Positions 40,377 through 47,918 of a DNA stretch of 47,918 bases are shown here, piece by piece. The position numbers and the translations under genes were made by a program. Source of the DNA: Chthoniobacteraceae bacterium (GTDB taxonomy: Bacteria; Verrucomicrobiota; Verrucomicrobiia; Chthoniobacterales; Chthoniobacteraceae); contig JBEBGD010000035.1 in the NCBI GenBank assembly GCA_040081625.1, positions 1 through 47,918 of the forward strand. Reading direction: 5' to 3'. Every line of letters begins with the position of its first letter. Position 1 is the stretch's first letter. The notes under the pieces were generated by a model. That model had not been told where the DNA came from. It searched no databases and saw nothing but the letters and a program-made list of their open reading frames with translations.

Positions 40377-41255
40377 ATGCGCATCGCGCTGACGGGAGCG
40401 AGCGGATTTCTCGGCCGGTCGATCATTCGCGCCGCGCACACCCGCGGACACGAGACGGTCGCCTTCTCCCGCGCGCCGGCGCGCGGAGTCGAAGGCGCCA
40501 TCGAGACCCGACAGTTCGAGTTTTCGTCGCCGCCCGATTTCAGCGGATGCGAAGCCGTCATCCATCTCGCCGGTGAACCCATCTTCGGCCTGTGGACGCG
40601 CGCGAGACGCCGCGAGATCATGGTCAGCCGCGTGCGCGGCACCCGGCGCGTCATCGAGGGAATCGCACGCGCGCAGGAAAAGCCGGAGGTGCTCGTCTGC
40701 GCATCGGCTGTCGGCTACTACGCCGACGCTGGCGACACCGAACTGACCGAGACCTCCCCGCTTGGCACCGACCTCCTCGCCGCCACGTGCGCTGCATGGG
40801 AGATCGAAGCCGCGCAGGCCAGCGGCGTGCGCATCGTGCATCTGCGGATCGCACCCGTGCTCGGGCGCGGCGGTGGCATGCTCGGCGCGATGGCTCCGAT
40901 CTTTCGTTGCGGTCTCGGCGGGCGCCTCGGGAGTGGACAGCAGTGGATGCCGTGGATTCACGTCGAGGATCTTGCGCGGCTCGCGCTCTTCGCCATCGAG
41001 GACATGAGCGTGAGCGGCCCCGTGAACGCCTGCGCGCCGTGGCCCGTGCGCAACGCCGACTTCGCTCGCACCCTCGCGCGCGTGCTCGACCGCCCCGCCT
41101 TCTGCCACGTGCCCGCGTGGGCCGTGCGCTTCGCGCTGCGCGGACTCGGAAGGGAGCTGCTCGCGAGCAAGCGCGTCGTCCCCGCCGCCGCGACCGGCCA
41201 TGGATTCGCCTTCCGCTTTCCCGATCTCGAGCCCGCGCTACGCGACGTGCTTTAG
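40377..41255 (+). CDS. TIGR01777/YfcH-like NAD-dependent epimerase family oxidoreductase
   Basis: IALTGASGFLG, IHLAGEPI, SAVGYY, GLGGRLGSGQQWMPWIHVED, GPVNACAP. Confidence 0.92.
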   Translation: MRIALTGASGFLGRSIIRAAHTRGHETVAFSRAPARGVEGAIETRQFEFSSPPDFSGCEAVIHLAGEPIFGLWTRARRREIMVSRVRGTRRVIEGIARAQEKPEVLVCASAVGYYADAGDTELTETSPLGTDLLAATCAAWEIEAAQASGVRIVHLRIAPVLGRGGGMLGAMAPIFRCGLGGRLGSGQQWMPWIHVEDLARLALFAIEDMSVSGPVNACAPWPVRNADFARTLARVLDRPAFCHVPAWAVRFALRGLGRELLASKRVVPAAATGHGFAFRFPDLEPALRDVL

Positions 41256-42368
41256 CGTGATGTGAACAATTTCCGCCGGCGCCCCGATGCGCACGGGGAA
41301 CCAGTTGCCGATGCCGTTCGACACGACCAGCGCCCGCCCATCGCGCCGATACAGGCCCGACCAGTAGCGGAAAAACGCCGGGCCACACCCGAGCTGTTCA
41401 TTGAGCATGAGCTGCCCGCCATGCGTGTGCCCGGCGAGCATCAGCGGGAAGTCCTTCGCGAAATCAAACGCGTGCGGATGATGCCCGAGCAGGATCGGGA
41501 ATGCGTCGCCGCGCCGCTGCGAGTCGAGTGAGGCGATGGCGTGCGCGTGCGCGCCGTCGCCATGCGACCACGGCAGCCCGAGCACCTGCACCGTTGCTCC
41601 GCGGATCGTGAGCGTCTCCGCTTCGCCGCGCAGAAACGGCAGCTCCGCGCGAAGCACCCGCCGGCGAAATTCCGCCGGGCTCTCGATCAGGTCGTGATTG
41701 CCCTCGCAGAAAAACACGCCGTGCCGCGCGCGCAGCTCGCGCACGAAGTCGATGCCTGTCTCGAGATCGCGCAGCGCAAAGTTGATCAAGTCGCCCGTGA
41801 GCAGCGTGAGGTCGGGCTCGAGTTCATTCGTCGCGCGCACCATCCGATCGAGGACCGCCCCGCGCGTGAAGCGACCCACGTGCAAGTCGCTCACATGCGC
41901 GATCGTCAATCCATCGAGCGCCTGCGGCAACCCCACCACCGGCACCGTGAGCCGCCGAACGCGGAACTCCTCGAGCTGAGTCTCCGCAGCCATCGCGCTG
42001 CTGCTCACGATCACGGCCGGCGCGAAGCTCAGGAACTCCCGACGCGACAACCCACCAGCCTCGGCCACCGGCGGGTTGCGCCGCAACAGTCGCACCGGCA
42101 ATTTCGCAAGCTCCCACACAAGCCACGCCGGCAGCACGAGCAGGTGCCACACAAATACCGCCGATAGCGCCGGCCGCGGCAGCGAGTCCTCCCAACCACC
42201 GCCCGCAAATCTGCCGCCGATTATGAGTCCAAACCCGCCGAGCATCGCCGCCGCCCACAGCGCCGCGGCGATTCGCGCCGCGCGCGTCCTGAGCCGGCGG
42301 TGCGCAAGCAGCCACCACAGCACATCGCCCATGAAAAAACTGAGAAGCAGCGCGGCAAAAAAACTCAT
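41238..42368 (-). CDS. Membrane-anchored metallophosphoesterase (YkuE/YaeI-like)
   Basis: SDLHVG, TGDL, GNHD, LGHHP, AGHTHGGQ, VSNGIG motifs. Start ATG 42368. Confidence 0.92.
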   Translation of the reverse strand: MSFFAALLLSFFMGDVLWWLLAHRRLRTRAARIAAALWAAAMLGGFGLIIGGRFAGGGWEDSLPRPALSAVFVWHLLVLPAWLVWELAKLPVRLLRRNPPVAEAGGLSRREFLSFAPAVIVSSSAMAAETQLEEFRVRRLTVPVVGLPQALDGLTIAHVSDLHVGRFTRGAVLDRMVRATNELEPDLTLLTGDLINFALRDLETGIDFVRELRARHGVFFCEGNHDLIESPAEFRRRVLRAELPFLRGEAETLTIRGATVQVLGLPWSHGDGAHAHAIASLDSQRRGDAFPILLGHHPHAFDFAKDFPLMLAGHTHGGQLMLNEQLGCGPAFFRYWSGLYRRDGRALVVSNGIGNWFPVRIGAPAEIVHITLKHVA

Positions 42369-42414
42369 TCGCCTGCACAGTGGCGTCGCCACACGCGCGC
42401 GGCAACCTCGGCCC

Positions 42415-42442
42415 TTGGCGCGCCACACCCGCGTGATACACT
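42415..42442 (+). promoter_or_regulatory. Putative sigma70 promoter of the tRNA
   Basis: TTGGCG-N16-TACACT with extended -10 TG, followed by a GC-rich discriminator. Confidence 0.55.
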
Positions 42443-42456
42443 GCGCCGCATCGCGA

Positions 42457-42532
42457 GCGCCCGTAGCTCAGTGGATAGAGCAGCGGTTTTCTAAACCGCC
42501 GGTCGCAGGTTCGATCCCTGCCGGGCGTGCCA
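42457..42532 (+). tRNA. tRNA-Arg(TCT)
   Basis: 76-nt cloverleaf: acceptor GCGCCCG/CGGGCGT, D arm GCTC-agtggata-GAGC, anticodon arm GCGGT-tt TCT aa-ACCGC, T arm GCAGG-TTCGATC-CCTGC, encoded CCA. Confidence 0.97.
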
Positions 42533-42534
42533 CG

Positions 42535-45398
42535 TTACTTCCTCGCTTCGGGGGTGACGCTGAGTTCGACGCGCTTGCCTCCGCGTTCGACGATGATCTT
42601 CACGAGCTGGCCGATCTTCACCGCGTCGAGGGCGTAGGTGTAGTCGTAGATGTTCGCGATCTTCTGCCCGGCGAACTCGACGATCACGTCCCCGCCTTGC
42701 AGTCCGCCTTTCTCCGCCGGGCTGCCACCGCGAACTCCGCTGAGTTTCACGCCTTTGATCTCGGTCGTGTAGTCGGGGATGGAGCCGAGGTAGGCGCGCA
42801 GCGTTTCGCGCGAGCCTTTGTCCTGGTCGGTGCGGACGACGCGCGAGTAGTCGGGGCGGTCGGGGGCGTTGACGATGTCGGTGACGATGGCCTGCGCGAA
42901 CTTCGCGATGCGCTCGAGGCCGTCGTAGTCGAGCTTCTCGGCGGTGTCGCTCGGGCGGTGATAGTCCTCGTGTGCGCCGGTGAAGAAGTTGAGCACCGGG
43001 ATGCGCTTCGGGTAGAAGCTGGTCACGTCAGTCGGCAGATACGGGTCGTCTTGCAGGACGAGGTTGAAGCCGGCGGCGACGTTGCGTTTCTCGATGAGCT
43101 TGCGCCAGACGGTGGAACTGCCGACGGCTTGCAGGGAGAGCCGGTTGTCGCGCAGACGACCGACCATGTCGAAGTTCACGTAGGCGGCGATCTTCTCGAT
43201 CGGCACGGGCGGTTTTTCGCAGAAGGCGGCGCTGCCGAGCAGGCCCATTTCCTCGCCGCTCCATAGGGCGAAGATGATTCCGCGGCGAAAAGTAGAAGCG
43301 GCGCCCCCGCTTCCACGCTGAGCGGACGCGCGCCGGACGCGGAGGAGAGCGCCGCGGCGAGTTCGAGCACGACCGCGACGCCGCTCGCATTGTCATCCGC
43401 GCCGGCGTGGACTTTCCCTTCCTCGCCGGACTTCGCCATCGACGAGGAACTGCCGCGGCCGAGGTGATCGTAGTGCGCGCCGATCACGACCCATTCGTCG
43501 GTCTGCCCCGGCAACGCAGCGACGACGTTGTTATCGGTCTTGCGGATGTGCTCGACGGCGGTGGTGAACTTCACGCGCGTCTTCGGCAGCACGAAGCCGC
43601 CCTCGGCGTGCGGGTTTTCGTTGTCGAGGCCGGTCTGGAGATCCTTGAGCGACTTGCCGCTCGTTTTGAGAAGCGCGTCGGCCACTTCGCCGCTGATCGT
43701 GAGCGCGGGCAGACCGCTGTCGGCATTGCTGCCGTCGTTGGTGAGCTTCAGGATCTCGCCCGCGCCGGGCGAGTTCGGGCCGGTGACGACGAGCACGCCT
43801 TTCGCGCCGCGCTCGCGGGCCATCATGACTTTGTAGCGGAGGCCGGCGTAGCGGTTGAGGTGCGCGCGACGCGGAGCCTCGACGGCCTCGGGCACGTAAC
43901 GCAGCAGGAGCACGACTTTGTCCTTCACCTCGAGGCCGTCGTAGCTGTTGTAGCGCGGCTGTCCGTTTTGCTCCGGCGCGCTGAGACCGTAGCCGGCGAA
44001 TACGATGTCGCTCTCGACTTCGCCATTCTCGGTGAAGGCGAGCGGGCGGAAGTCTTTCTCGACGGTGAAAGCGGTGTCGTTCACGCGGAGCGCGTTTTTC
44101 CCGGCGATGAGTTTTTCGCCGGCGCGAAACTCGAAGGGCTGGAGGAAGGAATCTCCGGTGATCGACTTGAGGTTGTAATCCTTGAGCGCATTGACGAGCC
44201 ACTCGGCGGCGGCGGCGGCGCCGGGCGTGCCGGTCATGCGACCATCGCGCTCGGGGGCGGCGATCCATTCGACGGTGCCCTTGAGGATGTCGCGCGTGAG
44301 GTTCGCGAGATCCGGCATTCCGCCGGCGCGCGCGGGCGCGTCGGCGAGTGCGGCGAGTGCGGCTTCGTGGTTCCAGTTCGCGAGGAAGAGCTGTGATTTC
44401 TTGTCGGCGGTGCGCGCGGCGGTCCAGCACAGGCGCTTGCCGTCCGGGGAAAAGACAGGGAGGCCATCGAAGCCGTCGGTGAAGGTGACGCGCACGGGTT
44501 CCTTCGTGCCGTCGGCATCGGCGACGAATAGCTCGAAGTTTTCGAAGCCGAGTTTGTTCGACGTGAAGATCACATACCTGCCGCTCGGGTGGTAGAACGG
44601 CGCCCATGACATCGACTTGAAGTCGGTCACGCGCTGCACGTCGGAGCCGTCGAGTTTCATCGTGTAAACGTCCGCATTCATCCCGCTCGCATCGAAGCGC
44701 CGCCAGATGATGCGCTGTCCGTCTGGCGAGAAGAACGGACCGCCATCGTAGCCGGGCGCGGTGGTGAGTCGGCGGACGTTCGAGCCGTCGGCGTGCATTA
44801 TATAGATGTCGCCGAACGACGCGGGATCCTTTTCGAGGCGCTGCTTCTCCTCCGCGCTCAGCTCGTGATCGTAGGCGGCGCGCAGCGAGCAGAAGACGAT
44901 CTGTTTTCCATCGGGCGAAAATCCGCCCTCCGCGTCGTAGCCGCGCTCCTTGGTGAGCTGGACGATCTGCGTGCCGTCCCGGTTCGCGGTGAAGATGTCC
45001 ATCGCGTCGTCGTAGTCCCACGAGTAGCGGCGCGACTTGCCGCTGGCGCGGAAATCGAGCTCGGCCTTCTGCTTCGCCGCCGCCTGGGGATCGTGATGCG
45101 TGCTCGCGAACATGACGCGCGAGGCGCCCGGCTGAAAGAACGCGCACGTCGTCTTCCCCTGCCCCGGCGAGATGCGCGCGCTGTCGCCGCTGAGCAGGTC
45201 GAGCGTGTAGATCTGGTAGAAGGGATTCCCCTCCTCGCGCTCGCTCTGGAAGATGAGCGCGTTGCCATCGGGGTGGAAGTAACCTTCGCCGCTGCGCTTT
45301 CCTTCGTAGATGAGCTGGCGCGCGCCGGTGATGAATTGCGCTTCGTCCGCGCGCGCGGCGGCGATGCTGAGGGCGAGGACGAGAAGTAGGCGTGTCAT
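42535..45398 (-). pseudogene. TolB-like/PD40 propeller + PA + M28 aminopeptidase + PDZ protein, frameshifted near 43290
   Basis: The first frame carries the signal peptide, PD40 repeats, GAHYDHLG and [10 protein letters not shown]. The expected continuation [20 protein letters not shown]...NFDMVGR...HEDYH...PDZ is in the -1 frame. The span of 2864 nt is not a multiple of 3. An assembly error is possible. Confidence 0.8.
43292..43316. repeat. Short palindrome GTAGAAGCGG-cgccc-CCGCTTCCAC (REP-like) at the frameshift site
   Basis: 10-bp arms with one mismatch, beginning with GTAG/GTGG tetranucleotides. Confidence 0.55.
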
Positions 45399-45492
45399 GA
45401 CGGATGGGCGCGGATGTTGAGCCGTGAAAGGCACTGCGGCAACTGCGAGGAAGATTGGACGTGCGAGTGATGGAGGTATCTCCTGCCGCGCG

Positions 45493-47886
45493 ATGCCCCC
45501 GTCCCGCACGCCGCTGCTCTGCCTCTACACGCTCTCGGGGTTCTGCACGCTCACGCTCGAGACGCTGTGGATGCGCGTGGCGACGCGATGGGCGGGGAAT
45601 ACGGTCGTCGCGGCAGCGGAAGTGATCGTAGTTTTCTTCGCGACGGCGGCGCTCGGAAACCTGTGGGGCGCGCGGCTCGTCGAGCGCGGCACGCGTCCGC
45701 TGCGCTACTACGGACGCTGCGAAATCGCGGCGGGGCTTGCGGCACTCGCGACGTTTGCCGCGAGCGTTTGGTTCCGCGATCATCGCTGGGCCACGCTCCT
45801 GCTCGTCGGGCCGCCGTCGTTTCTCGCGGGCGTGGCGTTCCCGTGCCTGGCGGAGACGTTTGTGCCCGGCGCGGATCGGCGCACTGCGAGCGGCGGACCC
45901 TTCTACGGGATGAATCTGCTCGGCGCCGCGCTCGGAGTGGCGGCGGGTGGAGTGCTGCTGCCGTGGTGGCTCGGGGTGCGCGGCGCTTTCACGGTGGCAG
46001 CGGGCGTGCAGATCGCGGGCGGCATCATCGCGTGGCGGCTCGCGGCGCGCACGACGATGCCATCGCGCTCCGCGCCCATCGCGGCGAAGACCGACGCGAT
46101 GTGGCCGGGCTGGACGTTGCTCACGATCTCGGGCGTCCTCTCGCTCGCGGTGCAGACGCTCCTCATCACGTGGGCGCGGCAGATTCTCGAAGGCTCGGTG
46201 TATGCGATCGCAGGCGTCCTCGCGGCGTTCATCGGCGGGCTCGGGCTCGGCGCGCTCGCGGCTGCGTGGCTGCGGGCGAAAGGGCGCGCACCGCGGGAAC
46301 TGCTCGCGCTGTTTGCGGGCGCGGGAGCGGCGCTGCTTTTCATCGCACCGACAGCGGGCGCGTGGCTCGTGGGACGCGAGATCGACCTCACCGGCGCGTC
46401 GCCAGCGGCGATGCTCGCGCAGGCGGTCGGCGGGAGCGTGCTGTGGTTGGTGCCGCTCACCGTCTGTCTCGGCGGCGTCTTCCCCGTGGCGTGGGAGATC
46501 GCGCGCAGCCGCAGCCCGCACGAGGGCCGCGTGCTCGGATTCGCGCTCGCCGCGAACAAACTCGGCGCGGCGGCGGGCGCGCTCGCTGGACTGTTTGTGC
46601 TGCTGCCAACGTGCGGACTCGCGCGCGGAATGACGCTGCTCGGCTGGGCGTATCTGCTCGTGGCGATGTGCGCCGGGCACCGCGTGATGCTCCTCGCGGT
46701 GGTCGCGGTCGGCGTGTGGACGAGCACACGACCGCGCGAAGTGCCCGGGATCACGCCGACGATGCGCGCGGTCGCGGAATACTCCGGCGCTTACGGCCCG
46801 GTCGCGGTGGTCGAGGATCGCGTGACGGACTCGCGGCAGATCCTGCTCAACAGCCGCCAGCGACTCAGCGGCACGAAGCACGCGCTCGCTTCGCAGCAGC
46901 ATCAGGGCTGGGTGCCGCTGCTCTTCACCCGCACGCCCGATCGCGTGATGACGATCGGCATGGCGTCCGGCATCTCCGCGGCGGCGATGCTCGACTTCCC
47001 CGTGCGCGAGCTGCACGCCGTCGAACTCGTGCCCGAAGTCGTGCGCGCCGCGCGCGAGCATTTCGGCGAATGGAACGGCGCGCTTTTCGCCGACCCGCGC
47101 GCGCGCGTTCACGTCGGCGACGGCCGCGTCGTGCTCGCGCGGTTGCCGGGGAAGTTCGACGCGATCGTGTGCGACATTTTCTTCCCGAACGAGGACGGCA
47201 CCGCAAATCTCTACACGCGCGAGTTCTTCGACGACGCGCGCGAACGGCTGAATCCCGGCGGCGTTTTCTGCCTTTGGCTGCCGTGCTACCAGCACACCGC
47301 GCAGACGGCGGGAAGCATCGTGCGCACATTCGGCGACGCCTTCCCGAACGCGATCGTCGTGCGCTCGAATCTCGATCCGATGCAGCCCGTCATCGGCCTG
47401 CTCGGCTCGAACGATCCCCTGCCCGTCTCACGCGAATTTCTCGCCACGCGACTATCGGAGCGCTCGCCGTATTTCCGGTCGGCGGAAAACGCGTGGCTGC
47501 TGCTCGCGGGCGACTTGCGCGCTGCGGAGCCGGGCTTTGCGGAGTTCCCGCCGATCACCGACGACCATCCGCTGCTCGCGTGGCTCGGCCCGCGCCAGCC
47601 TCCGCCGCGCGAGCGTCTCGTGGGCATGACGTTCCTCGACTGGATCGGCAAACGCTTCGTGCGCCCGCTCTATCCGTCGTGCGATCTCGGCGCGACGACG
47701 ACAGATGAACTCCTCGCCGCCGTGCGCGCCGCGAATTTCTACTTCGCCGCCGCCGTCGCCGAGAGCGTGATCCCCGGCGACTCGCGACCCGAGGCGACGC
47801 GACTGCGGCAGGCCGCCGGCTACCTCGAACGCGCGCGCAGCCTGCATCCACGGGCGGAACTTCCGCGCGAAGCGATCGGGAAATGA
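45493..47886 (+). CDS. Fused multi-TM membrane domain / spermidine-synthase-like SAM-fold protein
   Basis: Duplicated LSG...E/Q..W.R membrane repeats, [12 protein letters not shown]-terminal [39 protein letters not shown]...[10 protein letters not shown]. Start ATG 45493. Confidence 0.88.
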   Translation: MPPSRTPLLCLYTLSGFCTLTLETLWMRVATRWAGNTVVAAAEVIVVFFATAALGNLWGARLVERGTRPLRYYGRCEIAAGLAALATFAASVWFRDHRWATLLLVGPPSFLAGVAFPCLAETFVPGADRRTASGGPFYGMNLLGAALGVAAGGVLLPWWLGVRGAFTVAAGVQIAGGIIAWRLAARTTMPSRSAPIAAKTDAMWPGWTLLTISGVLSLAVQTLLITWARQILEGSVYAIAGVLAAFIGGLGLGALAAAWLRAKGRAPRELLALFAGAGAALLFIAPTAGAWLVGREIDLTGASPAAMLAQAVGGSVLWLVPLTVCLGGVFPVAWEIARSRSPHEGRVLGFALAANKLGAAAGALAGLFVLLPTCGLARGMTLLGWAYLLVAMCAGHRVMLLAVVAVGVWTSTRPREVPGITPTMRAVAEYSGAYGPVAVVEDRVTDSRQILLNSRQRLSGTKHALASQQHQGWVPLLFTRTPDRVMTIGMASGISAAAMLDFPVRELHAVELVPEVVRAAREHFGEWNGALFADPRARVHVGDGRVVLARLPGKFDAIVCDIFFPNEDGTANLYTREFFDDARERLNPGGVFCLWLPCYQHTAQTAGSIVRTFGDAFPNAIVVRSNLDPMQPVIGLLGSNDPLPVSREFLATRLSERSPYFRSAENAWLLLAGDLRAAEPGFAEFPPITDDHPLLAWLGPRQPPPRERLVGMTFLDWIGKRFVRPLYPSCDLGATTTDELLAAVRAANFYFAAAVAESVIPGDSRPEATRLRQAAGYLERARSLHPRAELPREAIGK

Positions 47887-47918
47887 TTCGCGCGCACCCG
47901 CGCAAAAATCCCAAGAGC

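Noticed and set aside
42457..42532. tRNA-Arg as integration site of a genomic island
   Set aside because: No integrase, no convincing duplicated tRNA 3' end noticed, and a host-like convergent gene ends 2 bp downstream.
43280..43300. Programmed -1 ribosomal frameshift in the peptidase gene
   Set aside because: No canonical X XXY YYZ slippery heptamer, and the hairpin lies upstream of the T4 run in the mRNA rather than downstream; mutation or assembly error is simpler.

Overview
GC-rich bacterial chromosomal segment. Gene content (DUF1549/DUF1553 + DUF1501, PVC-type CxxCH heme protein, DUF6600 proteins) points to the PVC superphylum, most likely Verrucomicrobiota (inference). It holds about 30 genes and one tRNA-Arg(TCT): a MoxR-type locus without its ATPase (DUF58, BatA/VWA, large GEGKQP-repeat membrane protein), a Cu+ P-type ATPase, mdh, malQ, an AraC-regulated aldo/keto reductase + Zn dehydrogenase operon, an amidase, a metallophosphoesterase, a frameshifted TolB-like/PA/M28/PDZ peptidase and a membrane-fused spermidine-synthase-like gene. 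The standout is a solitary ~1294-aa gene (10883-14767) fusing six DUF4379-type zinc ribbons, a complete SF2 helicase/ATPase and a C-terminal methyltransferase resembling eukaryotic Rrp8/nucleomethylin (an rRNA m1A methyltransferase). It is bracketed by two inverted ~100-bp multi-hairpin REP-like repeats and is a candidate mobile single-gene defence or nucleic-acid-modification system. Family names come from motif recognition by eye; no database searches were run.
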